Source: Podarcis erhardii (lineage: Eukaryota). From it: a DNA stretch of 64,000 nucleotides. The notes under the pieces are model-generated. The model was not told where the DNA came from. It worked only from the letters and a program-made list of their open reading frames with translations, and made no database searches. The DNA lies in assembly GCA_964252035.1 (NCBI GenBank), contig OZ176206.1. One strand, 5' to 3'. The translations under genes were made by a program, and so were the position numbers. Below, in pieces: positions 34,159-54,777 of the stretch (position 1 is its first letter; every line of letters starts with the position of its first letter).

Positions 34159-34972
34159 TGACCTATGACCCTCTCCTAAAGGAGAATAGTCAGACGAGGC
34201 TCCAAGTAGCTCCTCTTGTTTTATGCCCACTGCAGTGCTGCTATGTGTTCTACTGGCTGTTGTTGTTTGTATTGGTTGCACAGGAAAGTTGCCATTCCTC
34301 TAAATTCCTCAAGGCAGACACTTTTTGCCAGACCATATTCACAGAGTAAAGTTTGCACTGGCTGCCCATATGCTACTTGGCCAGGTCAGGCCAATGAGAG
34401 ATCAGGTGGTCGCTGAGATATCCTGTACCCAAGTTGTTAAAGGGCCTTCAAAATAAGAACAATGAACCTGGCTGGGTAGCATATGGGCAACCAGCACAAG
34501 CTTTCCATCGCTAGTCTTATGTGCTAGCAATAGTCTGTCCCAATCAACAGTCTAGCAGCTGCATTTTGCATAAGCTGGAGCCTCCAGACCAGGCCAACAG
34601 AGAGAGCATTGCAATAACTGAGTCTTGTCAATCAAGCTGGGCAATTTCCTCCAGTAGAAGTTGGTGGGGAATCTTCTGCAGCAGGGGGAAAAACCCGGAG
34701 TGTGTCAAACATGGGTGAAGCCATATTTGGGAAAACTTGACTCTTCTTCCGCCTATATGCAACCCTTCTCCTTTGTACTTGCATAAATGTAAGTTGAAGA
34801 CGTCACTGAGATGGTGAGTAATGCTTCACTGCTGGACCCCCTTTTGCTTGGCATGGGGAGGGGGGGGCATCATGCCACCAGGATGTTAATGAAGAGGAAA
34901 ACTCAGCCAGGCTTTAAGGGCAGTTTCATAAGTTCTCCCTGCCATTCAGCACCCTCGCCTCCTGGGCTGTTA

Positions 34973-34979
34973 TCATGTG
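34973..34979 (+). promoter_or_regulatory. T-flanked E-box (TCATGTG), candidate MITF site upstream of MC1R
   Basis: About 570 bp upstream of the ATG; a short motif that could be chance. Confidence 0.25.
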
Positions 34980-35541
34980 GATCACCCTCCGCCCCTCTGC
35001 TGATGGGAAAGCTGGGCATATTCCTTTAAAAGTAAGGGAGATAAAGGGTTCTTTCTTTGCTGTGAACTCCTGCTAATCAGTTTACTTTGGGGAAGAGGCA
35101 AATCAAGCAACGGCACCCTTGGAAGGAAAATAGGACTTGGGAATTGAGAGCCGGGAGAGGCAGAAAGAAACTGGCAAGTTCTCCCCTCTTCTTTTTCTGG
35201 GACAGAGACCCAAAGGAAGAAACCAGGAACAAGAGAGCAGAACCCAAGAAGACACGGGTGTTGGGCTCTCCAGCGTATTGTGCCAAAGAAGGGTCACTGG
35301 AAGCGTGTTGCTGACTCTGCCACCCCAAAACTTTGTGTGGAGCATGTCTGGTCTCACAGCTCTGTTCTGAGACATCTATCCATCTATTCCCTTGGAGGAA
35401 GAGTGGCCACAGAAGTTTCTTTCAGGTTCCGCAGCCTACAGGTGAGTTCCCGGACCATGCTAACTATATACTTCTCCCCCAAGAGAAAACTCTGTTGCAA
35501 AATCCTGCGGGTCTCCTTTGTCTTTCTGTAGCATTCCCACC

Positions 35542-36486
35542 ATGTCTGTGCCATCACCCCTGCGGGTGCTGCCCAGCCCCCCGAATGCCACTGCAGGCAT
35601 TCCCGTGAGCAACCAGACCAATGAGACATTCTGCACAAGCAGCCAGCAGGTAGTGATCCCTGGCGAACTCTTCCTGACCCTGGGGATCCTGAGCTTTGTG
35701 GAGAACTTGTTAGTGGTGGCCGCCATTGTCAAAAACCGGAACCTGCATTCGCCCATGTACTATTTCATCTGCTGCCTGGCTGTGTCAGACATGCTGGTGA
35801 GCGTCAGCAACCTAGTGGAGACCCTCTTCATGCTTCTGCTGGAGCATGAGATGATGGTTGTGCAGCCCACCACCGTGATGCACCTGGATAACGCCATGGA
35901 CATGCTGATCTGCAGCTCCCTGATGTCCTCGCTCTCCTTCCTCGGCGTCATCGCCATTGACCGCTACATCACCATCTTCTACGCCTTGCGGTATCACAGC
36001 ATCATGACCATCCAGAGGGCCGTCACCATCATCGTGGTTGTCTGGGTGGTCAGCAGCATCTCCAGCACCATCTTCATTGCCTACGATGGCAAGGCGGTCA
36101 TCCTCTGCCTGGTCATCTTCTTCCTCTCCATGATCACCCTGATCATGGGCCTCTACATCCACATGTTCAGCCTGGCTCACCAACACGCCCGCAGGATCTC
36201 CAGCCTGCAAAGGAAGCAGTCGGCGCCCCACTTCACTAGCATGAGAGGGGCCATCACCCTCACCATCCTGCTAGGCGTCTTCTTCATCTGCTGGGGCCCC
36301 TTCTTCCTTCACCTGATCCTCATCCTCACCTGCCCTGAGAAGCCCGCCTGCAACTGCTACTTCAGATACTTCAACCTCTATCTCATCCTCCTCATTTGCA
36401 ACTCTGTGGTGGACCCCATAATTTACGCCTTCCGGAGCCAGGAGCTCAGGAGGACTTTGAAAGAGGTGGTCTTATGCTTTTGGTAA
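35542..36486 (+). CDS. MC1R: Melanocortin 1 receptor (314 aa, 7TM GPCR)
   Basis: ccaccATG Kozak at 35542 (the ORF-track start at 35518 is a TTG upstream). Motifs [37 protein letters not shown]; three N-terminal sequons (NAT, NQT, NET); synteny between TCF25 and TUBB3. Confidence 0.98.
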   Translation: MSVPSPLRVLPSPPNATAGIPVSNQTNETFCTSSQQVVIPGELFLTLGILSFVENLLVVAAIVKNRNLHSPMYYFICCLAVSDMLVSVSNLVETLFMLLLEHEMMVVQPTTVMHLDNAMDMLICSSLMSSLSFLGVIAIDRYITIFYALRYHSIMTIQRAVTIIVVVWVVSSISSTIFIAYDGKAVILCLVIFFLSMITLIMGLYIHMFSLAHQHARRISSLQRKQSAPHFTSMRGAITLTILLGVFFICWGPFFLHLILILTCPEKPACNCYFRYFNLYLILLICNSVVDPIIYAFRSQELRRTLKEVVLCFW

Positions 36487-36688
36487 GGAGCAGGCGGCAG
36501 TGGGGGTCTGAGGGTGCAAGTAGCCACTGGGGCTCTCCTGCCCTCCTCAGAGGCAGCAGAGGCAGCCACTTTGCAATTGGGAGCTCAGCGCCCCCTGGTG
36601 GCACTGGGGATGGGCAAGCAGAGGAAGCTTCTGGGAGGAGGTGCCAGGCAGCGTTCGCCACATCCCACGGCCAGAAGGAGGAAACAAA

Positions 36689-36724
36689 GTGTGTGTGTGT
36701 GTGTGTGTGCGCGCGCGCGCGCGT
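36689..36724 (+). repeat. (GT)n(GC)n alternating purine-pyrimidine tract
   Basis: About (GT)10 followed by about (GC)7. Confidence 0.95.
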
Positions 36725-36925
36725 TCTTTTGCTTCCTGACTGCCTTCAGCCTAGAGGCATGGCTGAGATGTTGTATAACTCTGCTATTTCCTTGCTAGTG
36801 ATCTAGGGAAACCATTTGTTCTTCCTCTGTGAGCGCTCCAGGGCGTTCCCATCAAGGTGTGCAGAGCAGAGGGTGAGGATGACAATGGCAGGTGCAGCAA
36901 CATTTTCCCAATGCAGAAGAAGGGA

Positions 36926-36927
<2 letters not shown>

Positions 36928-36967
<40 letters not shown>
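36928..36967 (+). repeat. (GT)20 microsatellite
   Basis: Direct reading. Confidence 0.95.
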
Positions 36968-36968
<1 letters not shown>

Positions 36969-37233
36969 TGTGTCTGTGTACACACTCCCAATTGCGCCGC
37001 ATCCAGTGCACAACAACCTTTGGTTTGGGAAGTGGCATACAAGTGATGTTAACCACAACCAATATTGATCCTCTCCTTTCTGAGGAAATGCTGTGTTTTG
37101 ATGCATTCCCCACCCCACCCCCCAAACCAGCTCCGATTTGACTTGTGTAAAGATACGGCCTCACTGTGTTTTAAGCCAGTAATGTGTGCACAGCCTAAAT
37201 ATGTGTTTTGTATGTCAAGGAGCTTTGCAGGGT

Positions 37234-37239
37234 AATAAA
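37234..37239 (+). terminator. First canonical AATAAA downstream of MC1R
   Basis: About 750 nt after the stop; weak downstream GU context. Confidence 0.3.
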
Positions 37240-40200
37240 GAGGAATGTTTCAGAGTATGTGTGCCCCTTGTGAACTGAGCAACCGCAGGAGGGCTCTACC
37301 TGTCTAGGAGTACAGGGTGGGGAGTCCAGTTTAGAGATGTGGACATCTTTTCCTAAAGCCATTTCAGCACTGGGAAGGACACGCCCTAAAATTTCAGATG
37401 CTGCAAATATGTCCCCCTGCATTCTCATAAGACCTGACTGGCAGCCTCTGACTGTGTTTCAGAGGACTTCCCTCCCTCCGTCTTCTGACTTCATGTTTGC
37501 AGTCTCTACAAATCAATGCAACTCAATAAGTTGCAAAATGGTGCCTCTGCCCATATCTCAACCCTTTGTCCAGAATTCTTACAACATTGTCCTTTCACTG
37601 AAAAATAGGCCTGAGTGATGCTCTGTGCTTATGTGAGATTATCTCTCTGAGTGGATCTCTGCTTGTTCCGGTTTCCATGTCCTGCAATAGGTGGTTGTAG
37701 CATCCCTTACCTGGTGGCTGGGCTACCTTGGGCCAAGCCTGGAGGAAGCATCAGGGACTCACAATCCTATCTAAATTACTGGTAGTTCCTTTTCAGAACA
37801 TGCTAATTAAAGTAGGAGTCAGTCTTCAGATTCATGGTGCCCAAAGCACAGGAGCCTCCTAGTGTTGCATCATATGTCACAGATGGGAGTTGCCTGTAAG
37901 GAACCTCACACACATATCCCTGTCTGGACCTGTGCCATAGTGATGCTTCCATACAAAACAAGACAAGCCATAGCTCATTCCAGGCATCACCCCTAGTAGA
38001 CAGGACAGTAGCATAGCCCTCCTAAAGAAATGACTCTAAATCCAGAAAAGAGCCTTGCTATTTACATGCAGAGCTTTACCAACTGGGCAAACTCTTATTC
38101 CGTGCCACATAATAACAAACTTCAGTGGCATTGCCGATTTTGATCTTAAGGTTTGCTCTTAAAAGCATACTGTAGGTCTGAGCTGAGGTTCTTTCCTAAG
38201 ATATCAGGAGCAAACTCCTAAAAGCACAAGGAGAGCCCTGCTGGGAACCCAACAGGCCCTGTATTCTAACATACTGCCTCCCATAGTGGCCAACCAGATG
38301 GCAATGACTTTATGCGCAGGGAAGCTACACATAGCCTCCATTGGCTAGCAGCTGTTGGTCAGACTTCCCTCCCTTCAGGAATGTGTATTCTGAAGTATGC
38401 ACAGGTGTACCTAGGGGTTGGTGAAACTGGCTCCCTCTGGGGCACAGGCCTGGGCAGGTGCACAAAAATCACCTGTCTGGCTATGGAGTGTATGACATGC
38501 ATGTGTGTGGTGAAACAACACCGTTGTTACAGTGAGATCAAACATGGCAGAAGCTTCCCATCCTTCTCACACCATGGCACAAAAGTGTGCAGTGAAGTGA
38601 TGGGGGTGGCATCAATACAGCTCCTTGCCAAGGGTGCAAGGGACCCTACAAATGCCTCTGGGAGCATGCCCACCAGAAGTGGGTGACCAGGAAATCCAAG
38701 TCCGATGAAGGACAGTTGTCTCCCATTCACATGAAGGGCTGTCGCACACAGAAGATAGTTCTTCTCTGTTGCTCCAGAATCAGTGGCTGGAAAAGGCAGA
38801 AAAGTAGACTTCAATGAAACATGAGGAAGGCCTTCCAGATAGTGGCAGCTGTTCAGCAGTGGTTTGGGAGCTGGTGGGTTCTTCTTCACTCAAGAAGAGG
38901 TTGAGCAGCCATCTCACAGGGTTGTTGTAATTATATTCTGCATTGCAGGCCCCGTAGGGCAGGAGCAGGAGGTGGGGCTAAGCAGCCTTCAAAGTCCTAT
39001 CTGATGCTGTGATTCTAAAAGCATCTGAGCCAAGAGTTCCCAAACTGGTTTACGGCATTTCTGTGGATTTGTGGTTAAAGGCAAGAGACAGCACATCTAT
39101 TGCATAAAAGATTCATACTGCATTTTAATTGCTTCTTTTGTTTATTATATTGTATTACAATTTGAATTCAGTGGAATACAAGGATGTGATTTAAAAATGC
39201 AATTAAAAATCACACAGCATCTAGTACAGCACAACACAATTGCTTCAACAGACAGACAACACCATTAACCATTTTCTGAGGACCTGAGTGGTTTGGGAAC
39301 CATTGCGCTAAGCCACATTGTGCAGAATACAAATCATGAGTCAGGATGAGGGAGACAGGAGGAGAGATGAATGGCTTGTTAGAAGGTGTATTCCGGAGAG
39401 CATAACAACTCACTTGCAACACTGTATAAGAAGCAAGTTCAGTGGGTATTTTTTGTGGGGTGTTGTCTTTCTCATATGCACCAACTGTGTGCATTCTCAG
39501 ACACAAACACACAAATACAGAATGCTGGGGAGAAGCACACAGCACTTTTATTCCACCTTCTTATTATCTGCTACACAATATTTTGTAGGTTTTTGTGGTG
39601 CATGTGGCATAAATGTTCAGCTAGCAGGTTCCGTGTGGGAGTGGAAGTTGCAAGGGGGCTGGAACTATTTCTAAGAAGTGAGAGCTCCATCTGACCAGGG
39701 GCTTTTGTTTTGTTTGAGCTCTGCCACAATGAGTCATGCCTATGGGGGCGGGGGGGGGGGGGGAATTGGGTTCTACTCCCAGGCATTCAGCAGTCTGACT
39801 AGTCTCTGACACGCCACTCCCCCTGGGAGGGAAGAGGGCCTCATTTCCCTCCTGTCTCCTGTCAGTGGGCTGCAGCTGAGGCACCAGAACAAAATCACAG
39901 GGTCCTTTGCATGTCCACCTCTGCCTCACATGCCTACCCATTGCCCATGCACCTGATGTATCATGCATATGGAGCATCCCTTGGCAATGGCATAAAAGTT
40001 CCATGTGCAAGTCTGTCACTCATGTGGCAGGCTGGCAATCCAGAGCATCCCTTCTACCCCTCCCTCCATTCACAAGCTCCTGAGCAGCAGACACATACAT
40101 GTTCTGTGGCATTCTCTCCCCCCACCCCTTGCTATGCAGCAGCCTGGTTGTTCTGGAATGTGGGCACCATCTATTGCCTGGAGGTGGCACTGGTGTTCGC

Positions 40201-41090
40201 TGCCTTTGCCCTTCAGGTCCTCTTGGGCAAACATCCTGAGCTGGTTCTATGTCCCCATCCAGGGAAGCACCATTGCTCAGTGGTAGAGGACCTCTTCTCC
40301 CCTGTTCAATCTCTGGTGTCTTCAGGTAAGGCTGGGAATGTCTCCTGCCTAAAACCCTGGAAAGCTGCTGTCAGTCAGTGAGACAGTACTAAGCTGGCAA
40401 TCATCTGATGCAGCATAAGGCAGCTTCATATTATTCCGGCAGGGTGGCTAACCTTTTTGTTAGGGAAGGACCTAAGTTCAGTGCTAAAATAACAGCAGCT
40501 TTGCATGCAGAAATGCCTGGGTTCAAGTATGGCTGAGAAAAGACTCCTACCTGAAACCTTGATGAGCTGCTGCTGCTGCCTGTTAGTGCAGACAATACTA
40601 AGGCTAGATGGTTTTCAGTGTACCCATTCCTTGCCAAGGCAGGTGCTTTACCTGAGAAAGAGGGTGAACTGGCTGTTTGCCCACTGCACAGTCACACTCA
40701 CTCTTGAGTTCCTTTGTCTCTCTCCAAGGCCAGATGTGATTCTCCTTCAGGCAAGCCCTTTCTCCAAGCTCTGTCATCTCTGATTACTGCTCCCTGCTGC
40801 TCACTCTGCAAAAAAAGAAAGACCTCTTTCGGGCAAGGCTACTCCCTAGGGCAGTGGCCACATCCACCATTCTGGGAATTCAGCTGCTGTGGGGAATGAT
40901 CTCAGAGTGCTTTTCCTTGCTAGGAACTTGGCTGCATTTTACTGCCACTCCAGATGTAGGAGGGACTGTGCAGGCAGGAAGCCTGGCAGAGAGGCTGGCA
41001 TGGGATGATCATGAACAGGCCCTGAAGAATAAGCGGAGAAGGACTTAGAAGCCAGCAGAATTTATCCCAACCTGCAGCTAGAAATGTTTT

Positions 41091-41710
41091 CATAGAATCA
41101 TAGAGTTAGAAGGGGTCCTGAGAGTCATCTCTTCCAACCCCCTGCAATGCAGGGATCTCAACTAAAGCACCCATGCCAGATGGCCACCCAAGCTCTGCCT
41201 AAAAATCTCCAAGGAAGGAGTCCACCAAGCAATGCTGGATTACCACATAGGCAGAGAAGGCACCGGTCTATGGGACCCATGCCTTTTAGGGGCCCAATGA
41301 CAACAGGTAAAATAATATTGATTTGATCTTGAAAGAAAATTACAATCAGGACTTCTTAGTTCAATGCTATCCCACTAGAGCAGGTGTGGTGGGGAGATTT
41401 CGACAGCCTAGGGCCCTCCACAGGATTTAATCCGGCACTGCTTCCAAAGGAGTCTGTTCTCTTAGTACCATCAGAAAGTTCTTCCTGATGTTTAGTTGGA
41501 TATTGGAATATCCTTTCTTGTATCTTGAAGCCATTGGTTCCGGTCCTACCCTCTGGAGCTGGAGAAAACAACCTGGCTCCATCCTCCATGTGACTGCCCT
41601 TTAGATATTTGAAGATGGATATCATATCTCTTCTCAGTCTCCTCTTTAGCAGGTTAAACATACCCAGCTCCCTCAATCGTTCCTCATAAGGCTTGGTTTC
41701 CTGACCCTTT
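41091..41710 (-). mobile_element. CR1 LINE 3' fragment interrupted by a MITE
   Basis: Minus ORF LRELGMFNLLKRRLRRDMISIFKYLKGSHMEDGARLFSPAPEGRTGTNGFKIQE is CR1 ORF2 C-terminus-like; catagaatcatagag terminus. Confidence 0.9.
41230..41440. mobile_element. hAT-like MITE nested in CR1
   Basis: Termini caatgctggatta ... taatccggcactg (11/13 inverted match); CR1 sequence resumes on both sides. Confidence 0.65.
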
Positions 41711-42385
41711 GTGCATTAGGTGGAAAAATTGTCCAATAGGAACTATTTGTGTGCATGCAGTTTGAGAATAAGGGATTATCAGTAAAGAGCTAGATTGAAA
41801 AAGAAATAAATGAGATTTCTCCCTCCTCCCTGGACCCTGTCTCTTCCTGCTTTCTGAAAGAATAATTCTGGGGTGGAAATGCTTGTGGATTGGAAGGGCC
41901 GTCAATACAGATGGGAAGCCTAGACCAGACACTGGGGGGCGCTGGTATCCAGCAACAAGAAAGAGAGAAGCAGCTTTGCCTTGGTGGACAGCAAGACTTA
42001 ACCCTGAGCCAGCCAGGATCCAAGCCCTGCCTGTGACATGTTGCCAGTGACAGAGCCCACGTGAAATCCTCTCAAAGAAGCGTTGGGTGCCCTTGAGCAC
42101 GTACAGAGTCCTGCCAAGAGGTCCCAGCCAAGCACCCGGCATCCCTCTGTGATTTAAGGGCTGGGCTTGCAGATAGGAAGATATCGTCAGGCCTAGGCTG
42201 GCTGTTGACGACCAGCCCCCTCTCCTTGTATCATACTGGCTACGGGAGCAGGGAGGATACTGAACCACTGCGAGGCCAATTGTCGACCTCCCTGCTTCCA
42301 GCACCGACATATTCCTCAGGCAGGGGAAATGAGTGAGGCCTTTCTGCCTTCAGTTGTATACAGGTGAACCGGACCTTGGTGGGGG

Positions 42386-42712
42386 CAGGGCCAAATTTAG
42401 GTTTGATGAGGCCCTAAGCTACTGAATGTAATGGGGCCCATTATATGTTCAGCTGTCCCTTGTCAACAACAAATTGTCACTGTTTTTTGTGTTGAATATA
42501 TGCTATTTCGGGGCCCATTACTTACATCATAGGAGCCTACACAACACAAACACTGTTGCTGTATGCAGGTTTTATTTTATTTTATTTCTTTTTTATCTTA
42601 TATTTTGGAAATGTACATCCAGGGGTTTTTTTCCTTTAATTTTTTTTGGGGCCCCCAAGAGAGTGGGGCCCTAAGCTATAGCTTGTTTAACTTATATCTA
42701 AATCTGGCACTG
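42386..42712. mobile_element. hAT-like MITE
   Basis: TIR cagggccaaatttag vs ctaaatctggcactg (13/15); flanking duplication gtggggg (7-8 bp); internal gggccc motifs. Confidence 0.7.
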
Positions 42713-44283
42713 GTGGGGGAGCCAGGAGAGCGTTGCCTCTGAAGGGACCCACCCTGGCAAGGAGCTCCTGCTTGTTGCAGCCTGCTGTTCTTCCTGCTGC
42801 GGTTCTCGCCTGTCAGAGAGGGGGCAGCCTTTCCTCCCCCCCCCCTACCGCCAACACACACACACACACACTTAGGGAAGAGGTCAGCAGAGTCTCCCGC
42901 CACAGGCCTTTGTTCTCCCCCAGGAATTGCAACGACAACCCAGACACAAAGGAGGGCGTAGGGGGGAAATGACAGGAAACAGATCTCCCCACCCAGGAAA
43001 AGGGGGAGAGTAGGGAGAGGCAGCTTCCTGCCCGAGCTGGCTGAACAAAGGGGAGGCGGGCGGGGAGCCTCCTCGCTCTCTCCTCCTGCGCACCTGGGAC
43101 CGCGAAGGGGCTTTTGTTCTGCCGACTTTCCCCACCACCACCCGCATCATCTCCCCCCACTTAGGCGATGGCCCATCGCCCGTAGCCCCCATAGCTCTCC
43201 GCCCTTGTTCCCGGTTGGATGGCCTTCAGTTGCTCCTTGCAAATTGCAAGCAGCCGAGGAAGAAAGACCCACGACGAGGCCCCACCCAGCGGGCAGGGGC
43301 GGGCTGGGCATTGCTGAGTCAGGGGGGTTCGCTCAGCTGGCAGTTAGTCAGCAGCAGGAGAGCACAGAAGCTGCGGGCAAAGAGTTGGCCAAGCGGCAAA
43401 AGGTTCGAAGGAAGCGCCCATCATCCGAGCCTCACTGGAAGGAAACACGCGTGTTCAAAACCGATTGTTAAAAGCACGCCAACCTCAGCAAAATACACAG
43501 AGCTTCAATGCAGGATGGCCCCTCGAAAAATATATATATATCTGTCTTCAAAGGGCTGGGTGGGCGGGCGTGATATCAAGACAAACGGAGAAGCCCCCAG
43601 TCACAAAGCAGAGCGCTACTGTCTGGCTGGGGAATAAGGAAAGAGGCGCGCCAAGGAAGGTTGTTTTGGCGACCCCGTCCAGGCCATCAAAGGCAAATGC
43701 AGGGCTGGGGCGAGGCTGAAACTTGAGACCTGGTAACAAAGACCCAAGAGACATCCCAGGAAAGTGGCTGCCCCCCTCATGCACCCCGAGGTACCGCAGC
43801 GGCCCACGAAGGCAGGCCCCACCCGCTCACTCTGGGATGTGAACCTCCAAGTCGCTTCAGGCAACAGCCTGGGATGCCTCCTGCATCAGCCGCCTCCCCT
43901 GGGCCTTTTCTTTTGCACGGGCCTTTTCCTCCACGCCGGCTTGCGGGCGGGGCGGGGCGGAGGGAGCGCGGGCCTTTCCCTGCCCCAGCCCCAGCCTGGC
44001 CAGCTGCTTTGTGCCAGGCAGCGCGGCTCTGGCCAGCGCCGAGGGATGCGCTGCTGGTGCTGATGCTGCAGGGATGTTGCAGTATTTTGCGGCGGCGCCT
44101 CCTGATTGGCCGCGGCGTCGGCGCTGACGTCAGCGCCCCGGACTGGGTGCAGCGGGAGGCGCCTATAAAACCCGCCGGCAGCAGCCTGGACGCCTCCGCC
44201 AGCCGCTCCGCCAGCTGCAGCCGCCGCCCACCCACCCGCCTGCCTGCCCGCAGCCGCCCCCCCGTAGCACCAGCCGCAGCAGC

Positions 44284-52434
<8,151 letters not shown>

Positions 52435-52779
52435 AGGGCTGGGGCCACAGGCAGCGCTTGGGTTCCTCCCAGTGAGAGCCAAGCAGTGACATGGGCCTGT
52501 CGTTCATCACCGTCCATCTTTGCTACTCATTTGCTGAGTTGTAGACAACCAGCTTCTAGTTGCTTCTGATTCAAGGGTTCCAAAACTTAAAAGCTGTTCA
52601 GTATTTAACCCCCTTCCTCCTCCTCCTCCTCCCCCCCCTCTCCGCCCTATATTCCCTCTCCTTTACCCCCAAGTCTTATAAGTTAGTGCAGCTCCCTCTG
52701 TCCATGACTTTGATAACTTCAAGGGCCCTGGTCTTTATTTTTTACTGGTCTGTGTCTATTTTTATGTTTTGGAATACTT

Positions 52780-52785
52780 AATAAA
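52780..52785 (+). terminator. TUBB3 polyadenylation signal
   Basis: AATAAA about 345 nt after the stop, following a U-rich stretch. Confidence 0.75.
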
Positions 52786-54144
52786 TCTATTGCTGTCCAG
52801 CATCTCGGGTGTCCCCTTTCTTTCATTTGGGATAGGGGAGCATGTTTGTGAAGTGGGGAGGGGTTGGAGTGCTGGGCAAAGGAACTGAATGAATGTTGTG
52901 GTGTGGCACAACCACTCCCTTGGAGAGTGTTGGTGTGTGTCTGTCTAGTGCAGCCTTCCACAAGCTGGTGTCTTCCTGGTGCTTTGGACTACACCTTCCC
53001 TCAGCCCCAACTAGCACAGTCACGGGTCAGGGGTGATGTGGGTTGGAATACAAAACATCTAGAGGGCACCAGATTGAAGAACACTGGACTAGAAGGCAAA
53101 CACCAGCTGGAAGTCAATCACACACAGTGTTGCTTGGCAACTGAGGGCAAGCATCAAGGTGCAGGCTTGGCTTTTGAACTATCCACCTTGCCGTGTTTCC
53201 AACCAAAGAAATTCAGCAATTGCACTTAGGGTGGTCACTTTAAAAACAGACACACCCCAACAACTTTAGACAATTTCATGCAGGCAAATCAGTGGTTACT
53301 AATGAAAACAGCTTCATATTCAAAGAGGAGTGCGCTTTGGGATAGAAATTCAGACCTCCCCTCTTATCAGCAGAATGAGTGGGAGGTCCCTTACATGCAA
53401 CAGAATGGCCTTGCCATAATTGGAAAGTAAGTAACACATTCCTCTATGAGCAGGAGGGCCATGAAGTCCAGCATCTAAAATGATTGAACATTTTAGGAGG
53501 AGGAGCTATGAAATGGCCACTGCTGCAGGAGGTAACTGCACATCTGGCTCTGCTTAAGAAATGATTTACTCACAGGACTGGCTTCAGCACATGGTGAGCC
53601 TTTGGCCAAGAACCCCCCTTTCACCTGAATGTGCTTGTATAGGCCATAAGTTGTGCCACAGAATTTGTGGGACTGGGTCAAGAGAGAGACAATGTGCAGC
53701 TTCCCACTTGGGTGGCAGATGGTTAGGAATGAGCACTTGCCTGCGGGTGTTGTGACACTGGTGTGTGTCCTCTCAATGGGCCCCTCAGTTAGCTGAGCCT
53801 CAAGAAATGCCTAGTGAGAAGACTGGCTCTTAGCAGCAGCTGTGATCTGTGGGGCGAATCCTAAAGTGAGGATTGGCTCAGTGATGTGTGATGGCACAGC
53901 CTATTCTAATGCCCCACCTACATGGCTGATGGGAATGACACCAGGCAGAATGCAGACCATACCCCAAAAATAGTAAGAGAGAGTTTTGCACCGGAAAGAA
54001 ACACTCCTGCCTCTAATGACAACTGCTAAGATTCAAATGTTTGTTGCAACAGTGGACCACCTATGTAACTTACCACAGAATAACCTGAAGCTATGATCAC
54101 TCTTGGAATCCAGTTGAACCAGCTTTCACCAACCTGGTGATCTC

Positions 54145-54351
54145 CAAAACAAAACAAATTCCTTCCAGTAGCACCTTAAAGACCAACTAAGTCAGTTCTT
54201 GGTATGAGCTTTCGTGTGCATGCACACTTCTTCAGATACCATGCACACGAAAGCTCATACCAAGAACTGACTTAGTTGGTCTTTAAGGTGCTACTGGAAG
54301 GAATTTGTTTTGTTTTGACTATGGCAGACCAACACGGCTACCTATCTGTAA
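54145..54351. mobile_element. Second Penelope-like inverted insertion, opposite orientation
   Basis: Identical 78-bp arms 54145-54222 / 54240-54317 with a 17-nt spacer; 13-bp TSD ctggtgatctcca at 54134-54146 and 54352-54364; inserted into a foldback MITE copy. Confidence 0.78.
54201..54240 (-). ncRNA. Minimal type I hammerhead ribozyme motif (PLE type)
   Basis: Minus strand GGUAU-CUGAAGA-A-GUGUG(CAUG)CACAC-GAAA-GC-UC-AUACC; perfect 5-bp helix I and 5-bp helix II; palindromic AGCU helix III. Confidence 0.7.
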
Positions 54352-54777
54352 CTGGTGATCTCCAGACATTGTTGGACTACAACTCCCATCAGCATTGGTG
54401 GGAGCTTTATTCCAATGACATCTGGAGACCACCAGGTTGAAGACTCTAGGATAGCAGTCCATCTTTTCTACCTTACTATGGTCCTGCTGCTGCAGACTAG
54501 GGCAGTCTTTCTGGAAGTTCCTTCTGAGCAGTGTCCTGCAGGATGGCCCTCAGCAGCACCATATCAAAGATGCCTCCTGGGACCCACCCAACATTGCTGA
54601 GGTCCAGTGGTGTATTCTGCACTCTTTAACCTGCCATACTGGCATTCTCAGGAAGGTGCCTTATTCTGAGTCATTCTGCCATCTAGCTCAGGACTGTAGA
54701 CTCTACAGCTCCCAAGGTTTTCAGACGCAAGGGGTTTATTTCCTGCCAGACACAAAGACGCTGCTGATTGAACCTCA

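Noticed and set aside
34945-34957. TTCAGCACC RE1 left half upstream of MC1R
   Set aside because: No GGACAG right half at a suitable spacing.
35518-35541. N-terminal extension of MC1R in the ORF track
   Set aside because: Starts at TTG inside a likely splice acceptor region; the Kozak ATG at 35542 matches ortholog length.
35812-36231. 139-aa antisense ORF within MC1R
   Set aside because: Shadow frame of a GC3-rich hydrophobic CDS.
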